From positions 127,472,001 to 127,536,000 of the forward strand of contig OZ024740.1 in assembly GCA_964016885.1 (NCBI GenBank): a DNA stretch of 64,000 nucleotides, written 5' to 3'. The position numbers and the translations under genes were made by a program. Shown in pieces: positions 1 to 14,370 of this stretch (position 1 is its first letter; every line of letters starts with the position of its first letter). The notes beneath the pieces were generated by a model. It saw only the letters and a list, made by a program, of their open reading frames with translations, searched no databases and was not told the origin of the DNA. Origin of the DNA: Eledone cirrhosa (lineage: Eukaryota).

Positions 1-412
1 TACGGGTCCTTTAGAATACATTTTTTTCGCGGCATACCTGGCCTGACTGTAGCAGTACATCAGTACGGACTTTTCTTCCTCTTTCTTTCTGTCTTTCTTC
101 TTGTAGCTTGACACTAACGCTGACTTTTCTTCTTCTTCCTTTTCTTCTTCTTTCTTTTTGTCTTTTTTCTTGTAGCGTGATATTAACGCTGACTCGTCTT
201 CCTCTTCCTTTCTGTTTTTCTTCTATTTGACCGAGAGGGTAGTGGCACACTATAAGGTTTGGCCCCCTCACCAGATGGCCTCAAATAGACCGAATAGCCA
301 GCACTTGAGGGCGACCGACTAAAGTGGAGGCTGCTATATGGTCGGTCGTCCTCGGATCTATGATTTTCAGCCCCATGGATTTTATCTATTACATTCATTT
401 ATTATATTTCGA

Positions 413-470
413 ATACCTGACGATATCATCGGGTTCATACGGAACCCGGTCATTGAAATGATCATAGTAT
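413..470 (+). ncRNA. Type I hammerhead ribozyme in a pLTR-like remnant (~220-665)
   Basis: atac-CTGACGA-stem II (cgggttc/gaacccg)-GAAA-tgatca-TA-gtat. Stem I atac/gtat; palindromic stem III ATGATCAT; AATAAA follows immediately. Confidence 0.85.
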
Positions 471-662
471 AATAAACCTTTCAAGGATTTACACAAGTCC
501 AGCCTCCTGTTATTTTATTATGATATTTAACTCCGTACTAGCACCACCAACTACAAAAACGAAGACGGTTGAACTGCTTTACGTTGACTAATCTCCATAT
601 TATTACATTAAGATTGAAAATACGGAATTGACCAGCTCCATCCAGTGGTGAACCTTCAAACC

Positions 663-711
<49 letters not shown>

Positions 712-876
712 ACAAAGAATCAGTGTTGCTTCATACACAGATGTAACATGCAATTAGATATGTATATGATGCATTCCCTTATATATTATTATTATAGTTA
801 CTCTGCTGCTCCTCAAATGCATAGTGTGCCCATTTGGCATACCGCCTACGGACGGGTTTTATTTGCAGCTTTAATA

Positions 877-957
<81 letters not shown>

Positions 958-1391
958 ATATTTATACTTATATATAAACTATATATAGTTATAAACAGGA
1001 AAGGGCAGTATTTTTTTATTTTTTACCACCTTTTACCAGTATGTTAAAAATAGCTCAACGTAAATACATAAGATGCTTTACAGAGCAGGAATATAAAGTT
1101 CGAAACAACCAAAACTGTGTTCAATTCACTTCATTGCTAACAATCGTTTCTTCCAAACAGCCTTTTGGAGTCATCGGAACATTGGCAAAGTTTAAACATA
1201 TAATTAACCTCCTATTATACAGATCAATCATAAAGATATATTGATATTATTGTTGCTATCAACAATGTCATATTTAAAGAGAGTGAAGATGTTGTAGTCA
1301 GTAGCAATGGGTATAATAAAGATTATAAAATAATTATAAAAGTAATTTACTCGCAAAGGAGGACATTATTGGTACATAGGCATATATACAG

Positions 1392-1576
1392 TAATAATTG
1401 TTTCTATTTTAGGCACAAGGCCAGCAATTACCCAGTACATTACTGGTACTTTATTTTATCGAACCTGTAAGTATGAAAGTCAAACCTAACCTCGGCAGCA
1501 TTCGAACTACAATCGGAAAAAAGCGTAGTCCTATGCCATAAAGGATGTTGTCCGACGCTCTACCGATATTGCCAAT
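1392..1576 (-). mobile_element. tRNA-derived SINE, family 1
   Basis: Reverse-strand match to the copies at 26257 and 43742, sharing the core tttcatcctt..gtcgataaaataaagtaccag and the tail ggccttgtgcctaaa.tagaaacaattatta. Confidence 0.75.
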
Positions 1577-2489
1577 GATCATATTATTTATAATGATGAT
1601 GAAATTAGGTATGAAGATAACAGTGAATGCTTTGTGGGTAGGGATAATAATAGTAATATTATAACTGAATAGCTGATATCCTCGGGTGCATAGCGCGTAT
1701 ATATCTAGTTTTTTTCTTCTTTCTAACGTGAACTCTATTTTAAACAAATGCTTCAAATTTGGAAATCATCATCTCAAACAGAAAATTAGTTGTTTTTTTT
1801 TCGAAAACAGGCTTGGTTTTAAACTTTTGCAATACGATAAAGGCTTTGGTGCTGCAAAGGAAATTTTCAAAATGTTTTTCTCCAAATCCGACAGGATCAA
1901 TTTTCGTGTTATTTAGCCTCAGGCAATCCCGAATCACAGTGATCTTTGATCAATGGTATTTCTGTTGTAACCATACCGTCTATCTTTTAAATTGTATTTA
2001 TGACTACATGATAGTTATTGTTTGTGATATTGCTATAGCTGCCGCTTGTTCGCTCTTCATTTACAGACGATTGAACAACTGGGACTAACACGTTTCCATG
2101 AGGATGTTTGGAACATTTTATTCAATGGATCCTGTTATATATTTAGAGAACAGGGTTTGATTTGTGGAAGATTTGGCTAATATTGTTAAGAAAACCTCTT
2201 GCAAAAATGGCTCATTGCCTACTCATGTGGCAACAAGAGAAATATATTGTGTTTCCAATGAAGAAAGGGATCTCGAAACATAACCATAACGAGAGGATAA
2301 GTGCATGGAATTTATAATTATTTACATATAATTAAGCAAACTCCAATATGATATTTAAAAACAAAACTATTTTAGGAAATCGTAGGGACACAATATTCAC
2401 ATACGGCAGTTCTGGAGCATTTTTTAACTTAGTGCGGAGCCATCTCTTATCCAGGTCTGAATACAATTTTTTTTTTCTAATGAAGGATA

Positions 2490-3400
2490 AAGAGTGATAC
2501 CGCCTCCAACCCAGCTGAACAGGTCAATTCTGTCCATAAAAATAATGAACAGGAGAGGAGACATTATGCACATTTGTTGGAGTCCGTGTCTCACATTGAA
2601 TGGTTTCCATTTAGCACCATTTATCCGAACACAAATACTAGAGCACACTTATTAAGAATCAGGGCAACAAAAAGCTGGCCTCCAATCACTTACATCTGCA
2701 GAACATTTCATAGCAGGTCCCGAGGAACGTGATCATATGGCTAAGTCTACAAGAAAAGAATATAAATCTTGGCAAAACTCACACGATTTCTGGAAGATAT
2801 TCCGCAGTATGAATGTTTGTCAGCTATGCTGCATTTACGGCAAAAGCCGCGCTGTTAATGAGCTGCCTTCAACTCGACAATCTTCATATATTTCTTTGAC
2901 AGAAATATACTTTAATGGGGAGGTTTAATAATTGTTTCTACTTTTGGCACAAGGCCAGCAATTATTCCAGTGTATTACTGGTACTTTATTTTATTGACCC
3001 TGTAAGGATGAAAGGTAAAGTTAATCTCGGTGGGCTTTGAACTCATATCATAAAGGGACGTAACACTTTGCTGCAAAGCATGGCGTCCGACCCTCTTCTG
3101 ATACTGCCAAATCAGATCTCTCAGTAATTGGAACAATCTCACTTTGCTTAGGTGCCTAATTAGACATCTAGTTCATCCGGCAACAGCCAGAGAATACCTT
3201 CTCTATTTACAAATTTTAAAATCTTAGGCCAATTTTCTCCCAGCGGCCTTGATATATTTGAGCTCTTTCACTCCTCTTGTGAAATTTGCCTCTGAGAGAT
3301 TAGTCACCGTTCCCAGATGCACCTCGTGTATATCAAAGATGTTGTTATGATCGGCTTTAGGAGATCAGAAAATATTTCTCCACCTCGCAAGGATGGTTCT
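2490..3400 (-). mobile_element. Degenerate RTE-like LINE reverse transcriptase fragment, interrupted by a SINE
   Basis: ORF 2424..2648 reads CVRINGAKWKPFNVRHGLQQMCIMSPLLFIIFMDRI, matching the RT motif GLRQGCxLSPLLF. Similar to the fragments at 4450, 9345 and 32840. Confidence 0.7.
2927..3112 (-). mobile_element. tRNA-derived SINE, family 1
   Basis: Same core and tail as the other family 1 copies. Confidence 0.75.
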
Positions 3401-4019
3401 CTATGAAGAGGGGAGAACACTAGACACAATCATGATAGCATATATATAGGAGTTCTTCTTGTTACAAAGTCGGTAATGGCCTGCCAGATCACTTTATTTG
3501 CTGATTTGAAGTTGGATTCCAGCTTAAACCTATAGTTCTCGAGTCTTAGCTTACAACGCCTTTACTGACACTGTTGTGATTGTTTTGTGCCACAATTACT
3601 GCAACTGTAAGTCCAAAGTATAATTTCGAAGTCAAGTTTGTAGGCATTCTTCTTCTTAAATAAAGTTCTACTCTTGTAAAGCACCTAAAAACTACGGATG
3701 GAGCGGTAAATACAAATTAATAAAATGATCAAAATGTACATACCTCCACTATAACCATATATATATACCAGAAGATAAGATGTACGCTATATATATACAT
3801 ATATTGTCATAACATATACAACACATACATATGTATATCTATTTTACGTTTCGCTATAAAAAAAATCGATGAATCATAATACACGCAAGAGCTTCTCAAG
3901 AGCTTCTCAACGGGTGTACCTGCATTTTATGAGCTGTCCTGGGCTAACCCGTATCACCTGCCCGTTCCTTGGAACCATATGCTTTCGGAGGTTAGTTATA
4001 TTCTCTCCCTCTCTCCCAC

Positions 4020-4127
<108 letters not shown>

Positions 4128-4178
4128 CCCCCCTCTCTCTCTCTCTTTCTTTCATCTCATCATTATCAATATCATCGT

Positions 4179-5460
4179 CTTCTTCTTCTTCTTCTTCTTC
4201 TTCTTCTTCTTCTTCTTCTTCTTCTTCTTCTTCTTCTTCTTCTTCTTCTTCTTCTTCTTCTTCTTCTTCTTCTTCCTTGCCCATTTATTCGTGAGAGCAG
4301 AATCCTCAAAATTTCCTTCCAATGTGTCCTGTCAGAAGTAACCGTCTCCAGCTGATCCGGCTAGATCTCCAAGCGAGCTCAGCCAAGATCACGGGGCCTA
4401 CTCTCCGGTCTCCTGCTGTTTGGTTTTGCCAATTCGAGACAACATAAAGCCAAAGTCCGGAGACCTGACTGGTCAATGGCGACCTACAGGATAAATTGGG
4501 AAACATTGGTGGATAAGAATATCAGGACCAGGTATACATGTACTACTATATCCAAACTGAGAACATTGAGGCAGACTGAAAATTCTTCAGCGCAGCAGTT
4601 TCTGCTTCAGCTGTTAAAAGCTGCGAGCGAAAGAGGCTTGATGTGGTGCCGGATGGCATGAAGGCCACTCGGTTAAATCAAGAAGTAAAAGATGATACCC
4701 GAGCAAGGAAGGAGACTGACAAAGCTTGGCTTAGAAATACGTCATCCTTCTTCAATTTGCGGTACAAACAGACAGGAAGAATCTCAGCAGAGACAGTAAA
4801 GGTGTCGAAAGTTTAGACATGGTAGGCCTTTGGGTTTCAGCTGGAATTCGATTTCACATCAGCAAATAAAGATTTCTGAGAAACCATCAGCCGAATTCGT
4901 AATATAAAGTCCTTCCACCTCTACTATCAAGAACGCATATGGGCTTATCCTTTCTTCAGAAAGGCGGAGAGAACATATTGCTGGTTTCCTAAACCGGATC
5001 AGAACAGGATTTTCTGATATTCACGAGGTGCATCTGGGAGTGTCGATTAATATCTCAGAGGCTGTGTTCACAAGAGCATTTAAAGAGCTCAAATGTGGTA
5101 AGGACGCTGGTGAAGATGAAATCCGAGGTGTTAAAAGCCTTATCTACTGACTCGTGTGTGCTGGGTGACCTGGCTATCTGGAAATGCATCTAAGAAATTG
5201 GATATGATAATCCCAATTCTCAAAACGAGAGTCAGAAAGATTATTCCAATTACTGATGGATCTCATTGTTAAGCCTCCCTAGTAAAGTCTATGCTAAGTT
5301 TCTGTCAAAGAGATGCAAGGAGATTGTCGAGTCCAAGCTAGCTGACGAACTCTTCGGCTTTTGCTACGGACGCAGCTTAGCCAACCAAATATTCACACTG
5401 CGGCAGGACTTCGAGAAATTGTGGAAGTATTGGAAAGTGGTCTATTCTTGTTTTGGTTTA
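4179..5460. mobile_element. RTE-like LINE: 3' end with (AAG)n tail on minus (4179-~4450) joined to an internal RT segment on plus (~4450-5460)
   Basis: 4280-4450 is the reverse complement of the LINE 3' end at ~10460-10620. ORF 5266..5478 reads LSLPSKVYAKFL...FGFCYGRSLANQIFTLRQ (RT motifs 1-2). Confidence 0.7.
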
Positions 5461-6303
5461 ATACCCTTTTATATTTAATTGAAATATATCGAGATGAAAA
5501 CAAATTACAATTAGGCACCTTTGGTTAGTAAATAGCACATACAGGATTTATATTGTCAACGTCACGGAAGTAATCCAACAGCCCGCCCGGATGTAATCTG
5601 CCAGCATCCGTGCAGAGAAATCCTACTAATTTTTTATCAGTCTTAATTCTCGGATTTACTTTTAATAACCAGTTGCAGCTGAAAATTGCTTTTGGCCATG
5701 ATATCTCGAGTAAGAGATTTCAACATGTGCTTGTGTATATGCGTTTAAATATTTGGATATATACCGCATGAACATGTTTATGCGCTCTTTTTCATATATT
5801 TCTTTCTGTTATATTGTTTTTGTTAAATAAGATTTGATACCAGAAACTTAGAATTTAAGGTGAACACAACTTGTAAATACGTCACACCCGCATCTGGACC
5901 ATTTTCGATTCCAAATCATTGTTGTAATGTAATGGGAGACTATTCTAACCTTGATTTTCTAGCTGTTAATTTTCTTGCTGTTTACTTTCTCCCCAGCCAG
6001 TTAAGAAGAGCTTGGTTCAGTGGGGTTTTACTCATAGCTATAAGGCTCTGCCTTTGAGATTCATATATCTATGCCTATGTTTTCATTTTAAAAGAAAAGA
6101 GTGAATTTGGATGGCTATATTCAAACGTTGGACCTCATGTACTAATGATATAATTGTTGGATCAACATGTGTTATAGTCATATGATGTTAAATTTATGAT
6201 ATCCATGAAAGTATATCATAAATTAAGTATTAAATAAGAACATGTTTTTCCCCAACGCCATCTCTCATTATTTGTATAGACACAGCGATACTGACCCCCC
6301 CCC

Positions 6304-6359
<56 letters not shown>

Positions 6360-7039
6360 CTTATGTTCACCGAATTCACAGACTAGATTCCTTCTTCCTC
6401 CCGTTAGACCTGTACGGAATTCCTTCCTTGCTCACATTCCAACCAGGTTTGATGGTCTTTATTCTCTCTCGTTCACGATTTCACCGAACTTATATTCATG
6501 GAAATTTGGGACTTGACTCTTTCTTCCTCACTTTTCGTTGCTTCACCATCTTTGTTTGTTTACACTCTCGTGTCCCCTTTATTTACGTCTCCCAACGACT
6601 TTTTTTAGCCGTTGCTCGCACCAACCGGACGTATATGGTCTTTAAAGCGATGAAATACCAATGATGGTTGGAAGATCACTGATGAAGGACTAACTTTATT
6701 CATATATATATATATATTGGTATCACAAGGGCATTGCAATACTGAATATAGAGAACAGACACATACCACACACACACCAACGACTGCATCATGAGTTACG
6801 GGTCCAAAACATAAAACAAGGATTTGAATATTAAATTTGTTTATGTTTCAGACTATATTGTTTCTGCTGAGCTATTTTCTCCAGTGGTGCACATTTTCTA
6901 ATGAATTGAAAAGAAGAGCCTTCGCTGTAAACATCCTATTAGTAAGCAACCACAATTTGAGCAAACATGTATTGGTGTCGCTGGTGCTTTGCTGTTGTTG
7001 TTTGTCATCTGTGCAAAATAACCCCGATTGGGAATAAGA

Positions 7040-7460
7040 TGTATGTTTCAAATATTTTTAGCCCGGTTTAATAAATGATCTGACAGTTGGGAGTAGACGT
7101 TTGTGTTTATTCTATTTATCGACAAATATTTCTTTTTAAATAGCCATTATTACTTCAGTGTACAAATCATTTCGAAATTTGCTGCCGTTCGATGGCATTT
7201 AACTCGAAAAGCTCCAACCGTGTTTTTTAGCTGACGTATAATCGTTGTCATAGGAGAATTGCCTACAATTAAATAGCTACTTCAATGTTGGAAGCCAGTG
7301 AAAACCGTAGAAAACACGGCCGGGTGAATAGCCGGCGTGAGTAGCTTTTTAATGTGACATTCACTTATCGTACTCTTTTATAACGAAATTTTCAGGAAGC
7401 TGAGCAGTGACACATCAGCATTTTCTGATGATTTGTCCTGATGCATTCTCGGAGCCACAA
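7040..7460 (-). mobile_element. Highly decayed mariner transposase C-terminal remnant
   Basis: Minus strand translates HAGYSPGRVFYGFHWLPTLK*LFNCRQFS, resembling the YSPDLAPSDFHLFxxLK motif. Confidence 0.4.
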
Positions 7461-8824
7461 AACAAATCATCATAATATATCTCCCTGACTGTTCCACTAA
7501 TTAGTTGATACTGTATATAGATTTATATTCTGTTTGACAAGATTTTGTTGTCTCTAAGGTTTGGGATATTGGATATATCTCTTGCTGGTGTTCCCTCAAT
7601 TTCAAACAACTTCAGAGAAAGTCGATTCTCTGATTCAACCACGATTTCCTCACTAAGAAGTATATATATTAGATATTACAGGAGTGCCGTATCTGTTTGG
7701 GAGGAATTTGAAATATTCTTAAACACTTCATATATCAGTTTATTGTGATATCTATTTTGTTTTAAATCGATAAGAATTTCATAGAACCTTTTAATGTGCA
7801 GTGGTGAATAATAAAATATAGCATTTAGAGGTTCTTCATTGTATAATATTATAGTCCGATCTGCACAGACTGACACACATTTAGAATTATATATTAGATA
7901 CATACATATAATGAAAAGCTAACGATATTGCATATGCAATTAATTATAAATAACAGAAACATTTATTTATGTTACTTTATTTATCTTTTACAGCACAAAT
8001 GCAGGAAGCAGAATCAATTCTATCAGCCAACCCCTGCAAACCACGAGAAAGGACATTAAACAAAAAAAGAAAGAAGCCATATATATATATTTTCTAAAAT
8101 AAAATGAGATTTAAAAAAACAAAAACAAGAAGAAATGCTAAAGAATTAAAATACAAAAGAATGAAGAAACGTTCGCTCTAAGAAAATATAATAGCTGACT
8201 GGTTTGATAACAAAGAGAAGGTTAGTCAAGCATTTGACTTCAATGAAGTGTGAAACCTAGAATTTAATTATCTCAAGATACACTGCCGAATGGTTTTAGT
8301 GAAGATTTAAGAAGATTTCAGAAGCAAATAGACATAAACCAGCATGTTTAATCAACTATTAAACTAATTAACAATGGCGAAATAGGCTATTAAAGAAACA
8401 GTTCTGGAAATAAGTTATATCAAATGAAAAGAGCAAAACAGATTCATTAACAAAAATTAATTAATCAATAAAACATTAGGGAATGAAAAGTAAAAACAAA
8501 AATGAAATGAAACCAAGTGTAAGGAATTCAGTGAAGAAATCAGTGTATTAGTAAGTGAAAATAAATAAATATACTTTAAAGTTTTATCGAGAATGCCCAG
8601 AAGACTTGTGTATTGGTTTATCTATTTTGGGCTTAATAAAGTGACTAATCTCTATCACAGATTTCATATTCTTTGTACTCTTTTTACTTTCACAAGGAAT
8701 AGGTCAAAGGAGACAAAATAACATGAGTGACGGTAAATACATAGACACAAAACATATGTAATACAGTGATGATAGTTTAAAAGAACACATTTTCATCGCA
8801 AATCTTATTCACGCATGTTCATCC

Positions 8825-8973
<149 letters not shown>

Positions 8974-9344
8974 TGTGCGTGTGTGTATGCATGTATGTAT
9001 GTATAATGCGTGTACATGTATATATATATATATGTGTGTGTGTGTGTATGTATGTATAAGTGTATATATGTAAATATATATACAGTATATATACAAATAT
9101 ATATGTGCCTGTGTATGAGAGAGAAAGTGAAACAACTAAAGCGCGTGTTTAGTAACCACATTTTATGTGTCAGCGTAAAGTATATTGAGTTTACATAATC
9201 AATAATAGATTACTTGAGATCTTGCATAAAATGTATCTCAACCTTTCAGCTGCCACATTTTAATACACTAAGTTATACACCAACTATATGGATAAAGGTT
9301 TAAATTTCAATGGGCAATTATATTTTACGATATATCTCTGTTGT

Positions 9345-10765
9345 TAAACAAGATCTATTGAAACTGTTGCATCGAAGATTAAATGAATAAATAAAAAAGC
9401 CTCCTCGGTGAAAACTATGCTACATGTCTGGCAGAGAGAAGTAGGGAGATTGTACAGTCGACGATAGCTGATGAAGAGCGTTGTCTTCGCTGCAGGGGCA
9501 GCATAGTTGACCAAATACTCACACTGCGGCAGGTCTTTGAGTAATCGTTGGTGTATTGCCAAGAGGTGTATTTCAGCTTTGTAGACCTCGAAAATCATAA
9601 ATCAGCGTTGCATGAGACCTGTTGTGGAAGTATCCACGGGCAGCTTCTTATTATTTTGATGTTTCTATGACACGTCCAATTACTTATATTAGGTAAATGG
9701 TACCAAATCGAAATCATTCAATGTGAGAGTTGGAACCCGCCACATTATGCGTACAGCCACGTATCTTATTAATGATTTTCATGAACCGGATTAGCATACG
9801 CAGCCTGGCTGGAAGTAGTACCCTGACTGGCAGGTGTAAAACCAGTCAACTGGAATTTGTAGACGAGTGTTATTACTTAACTGGACAAAATGTGATTTCT
9901 GAGGTGCACTTAATAGGTTTGATGCAGAATGCAAAATCGCTGGAAGGAAAATCAGTGCTATGAAGACAGAGACATTCATCCTCTCAAGGAAACATGCACG
10001 GTGCACACAGCATAGAGTTCCACTGAAGGAGATGGAGAGGTTAAAAAATCTCGGGGCCGTCATCGCGAGTGATGGAAGGGAGGAGGCTGAGTTACTTGAA
10101 AGTATTGCAGATGTTCTGCGCAGTAAAGTGTCAGCTTTAGAATTTGGTAATCAAAAGACGGGATGTAAGTGCCCTACTCGTTATCTTTAATTCGGTATTT
10201 GTGCCAACCATTAGCTATATTCATGAATCTTGGGCAATGACCGAAGGAATACGATCGCGAATGAAAGCGGCGCCGAAATGGTGTTCCCCCGAGAGGTCTT
10301 TGTTGTAACGTTTTTCAATAGAGTGCGTAGCTCGGAGATAAGAGATTCACTCAAGGTTTAGACACTACTTCTCCAAATTAAGAGATCACAGCCCCAACAC
10401 TATGGTCGTGTGGCTGGAACGTCTCAGGAAAGAATTGCTGGTCAGATTTTACGGTCAAAACACAGTCAAGAGACCCAGAGAAAATGAATGGATAAAAGCC
10501 ATGAGACTGGCTCATCTACATGGCGATCGAGTCGGATCAGTTGGAAACGCTTGCTTCTGACATGACACGCTGGAATTAGAGTTTGAGGACTCTGTCCCCA
10601 TGACCGTCTCAGGAATAAGAGGACAAAGAAGAAGAAGAAGAAGAAGAAGAAGAAGAAGAAGAAGAAGAAGAAGAAGAAGAAAAAGAAGAAGAAGAAGAAG
10701 ATGATGATGATGATGATGACGGGGACGATCATGATGATGATGATGATGATGATAATGATGATTAT
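9345..10765 (+). mobile_element. 5'-truncated RTE-like LINE with (AAG)n/(GAT)n 3' tail
   Basis: Plus-strand RT remnant ...VDQILTLRQVFE; ORF 9960..10190 LKEMERLKNLGAVIASDG (resembles FKYLG); trinucleotide tail 10627-10765. Confidence 0.75.
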
Positions 10766-10966
10766 GAAGGGGACTCGACGATTAGTCAGGGGAGTAAAAA
10801 GAAAAGAAAAAAAGAAAATTAACATAGGGAAACACTCCCTACTATGCAAATCCCCCCCCCCCCACATACACACACAGACGCCGTTTCGACGGCTATTTCT
10901 GGAGATAAGAAATTGATCCACCTTGTTCCATACCACACTTCCTTCGTTATATATATATATCTATAT

Positions 10967-11382
10967 GGTATTTCTAAAGAAACATGGTATGTTTACAGTT
11001 CTTTAGAAATACGAAATTTCTATACCTATTTGTATACAGCTATGCCTGTAGCTAAATCCTAATTCTATTCTATGATAGGTTGAGCTGCATTATGCAGCTT
11101 CATATGCAAATGAGATTAATCACCTCATTTAGACAGACGATAAAACTATATATCGTCGACAGTTTTCAACTCCATCAATCGCGGGTGTAGGAGGGATCAA
11201 AATGCATCGACGATTGTCCTCCTTGCCTCTGCTGGAAACCACCAGAGGGCGTTAGCCCCGGTGTTTGTTGCATAGCTACGGCTTCCTAAATGTTTGCCTG
11301 TAAACATACTGTGTTTCTTTAGAAATACAAAATATCTGTATATATTTTTATACAGCTATGATTGATGCTAAATCCTAATTCT
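10967..11382. repeat. ~315-bp highly structured unit with terminal direct repeats and a short 5' inversion (PLE pLTR or retrozyme-like)
   Basis: Direct repeat ttctttagaaatac...gctaaatcctaattct at ~10999-11066 and ~11315-11382; 10967-10998 is an inverted copy of ~11298-11329; several internal hairpins. Confidence 0.6.
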
Positions 11383-11392
11383 CTCTCTCTCC

Positions 11393-11484
<92 letters not shown>

Positions 11485-11646
11485 CATTCGAAACATTCGA
11501 GATCCTTCAGCCGTCGGTGTCCCGAATTTTAAATGCTATCCACTCTACTACACAAAGAATCGAGTACTCTCGTGTGTAATGGTCAAACAAATTTTACCTC
11601 TTCCTTTCTGATATATATATATATATATATATCAGAAAGGAAGAGG

Positions 11647-11708
<62 letters not shown>

Positions 11709-12208
11709 GAGTGTGTGTGTGAATGCGTATGTCTCCCAGTGTGTATAAATGCTTACATAAATGAATTCGTATTTATTGCCAATTCACAAATTGATTGTTT
11801 AAGGAATGCCCTTATTATTATACAACTTTTTCCAGCTAATATACTTCATAATTGCTGGACTCTAACTAAGATATTTTCCTTTGTTTATCTTTTCTGTATT
11901 TTTCCGTTCCCCACTCTAGCACCACACATCTCATCGTTTATTGTATATACTGTCTAGCAGAATAACAATTCTCATCGATTATCGCACATACTAAAAATTG
12001 ATCTCATATCATAATTCCGTCAGCGTAAAAAAAAATGGTCTCATAACAGGAGATTTACTAACCTTTGTGGTAACATGAGATGGAAACAATTTCTATTTCG
12101 ACACTGAACTGATATCATATATTATAGAAAAATATTCGCGTCTGTCTATGCATGCGTGTATGTATGTATTTATGTAAGGATATATGTATCTATGTATGTA
12201 TGCAAGTT

Positions 12209-12245
<37 letters not shown>

Positions 12246-12468
12246 TAACACACTTACACAAGCACACACACACGCATATATCTCTGTATATGGTGGATGT
12301 AAGTGTATGTAGGTATGTATGTATGTATGTATGTATGTATGTATGTATGGTTGTGTATGTATATATATATATATGTGTGTATGTGTGTGTGTGTGTGTGT
12401 GTATGTGTGTATATATAATATATATATATATATGTATATATATGTATATATATATATGTATATATATG

Positions 12469-12557
<89 letters not shown>

Positions 12558-13802
12558 ACGTTGATTTACAAAAGTTAGTATTTGAAGAGAAGAGTTTAGA
12601 TCGAGTGTTAGTCCTGAAAGTGGTGGTGTTGGTGGTGGTGTTCTTTGGGAATTTTATACACTTTGTGTAGAAATGATACTGGTGTGTGTTAGAAGTAGTA
12701 AAACACTACAACGTTGTTGTGTACTGAGGTTGACCAGGATATTCAAAGAAACAACGGTAACTTGAAACTAAATATTGACGTAGTTTGAACATTTAGAAGC
12801 AGTTTGCTAGATTCTACTGAAAGAAGAAATGCATCTTATAGTAATAAATTACTTTTATGCTTTTTTCATTTCTTTTATTTACTTTTTTAAACTACTCAAG
12901 GCAACGCTGTTATCTAACTCAAGGGAGAGTTTAATGTATTGTGTTCCATTGTGGATAATTTGTTTAATGCTAGAATCGATATTGAACGGTTTCTTTTCAT
13001 AAGGCATATAGCCAACTTTAGAAGGAAAATATGTTTATTCTAAGACATTGTTCACACCGAAATTCTGTGGTGGGCCTGTGATGTTAGAAATCGGTGAAAC
13101 ATGAATGCCTTGGGAGTACTTCTATTATGGCATAATTCCAGAGGAATTTTATTTAACACAAGGTAACGAACATACTCGCTTATATATATTTGGAGGTATA
13201 TCGACTGATACAACGATGGTATTGAATCTTGAGGGCAAAGTTATGAATTATTAACCCCTTGACCAGTCATCAAGCCATGCCGACTACAAGGAAACGGAAC
13301 GGTATAGTGGACTTAATTGTTTGGAAAATAAGCAAACGATCAAATTTTCAGCAAACATTTTATTCTCTTTCTGTAAAGCCTTGAAATTAATTCGCTCTAG
13401 TAGAGGTTATTGCTTTCTCTGAACATCAAATGCATTTTCCCAAATAGAAGAACTAGTGTACATCATTGGATGCAAACGAAGTCGCTGGTTTTATATCAGA
13501 GTGACCTCTCCTAGAGAAATACCTTAATGGAGATTAGGATCTCTCGCTCCACAAAAACAAAATGAATTCTTTATTGGATGGTGTTGACATTCCTGAGTTC
13601 CTCTGTCCTTTGGTGTGTTTCATTTTCATCCTACAGGGAGCCCCAAAATCACCCTCCTCACCAGGTAAGCTTAATAGGGTTACTGGTTTAGTCACAGACG
13701 AGCTGTCCATGCACAGGATTACATGCTACCATGTACTGGATTACATTTTACCTGTAGCGCCGAAGAGCGAATTGATATACATACATACATTCATACATAC
13801 AT

Positions 13803-13915
<113 letters not shown>

Positions 13916-13966
13916 TACTCTGGTGCGTTATGGACCATGGTTCCTTACCACAACTCCTTCCTTATA

Positions 13967-14365
13967 TATTACCCTGATCACCTTGACCGACCAGTCTGTC
14001 GGACGCCATTCGGCGCCGCTGGTCACACCACGTGCTGTTTTAGCCATACGATGACGCCATCCCACTGGCTGAGCGGGCAGGCCGTAAGTCTAAAGTCTCT
14101 CTGAAGCCAGAAGGCTCAATTGGCCGGTACTTATGCCAACTTCATGGCGTGAAGCGACTGAGAGTAAAAGACTGCCCCCTGGACAGGACGCCAGTCCATC
14201 GCAGGGTTAAACCTGCAGCTATTGCTGGTACTCATTTTCAGCTGAGTAAACTGGAGCAACGTGAAATAAAGTGTCCTGCTCAACACATCAACCGGTCCGA
14301 GAATTGAGCTCACAACCTTTCGATTGTAAGCCTACTGCTCTAACCACTAAGCCATGCGCCTTCCC
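13967..14365 (-). mobile_element. tRNA-derived SINE, family 2 (CORE/V-like central domain)
   Basis: Minus strand: tggcttagtggttagagc (A box), gagctcaattc (B-box-like), then aaccctgcgatggactggcgtcctgtccagggg. Confidence 0.7.
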
Positions 14366-14370
14366 TCGTT

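Noticed and set aside
7500-7730. Possible minus-strand host exon (SEEIVVESENRLSLKLFEIEGTP...)
   Set aside because: No recognisable domain, no partner exons, and only a weak acceptor.
14290-14365. tRNA gene
   Set aside because: It is the tRNA-derived head of a SINE; the cloverleaf is incomplete.
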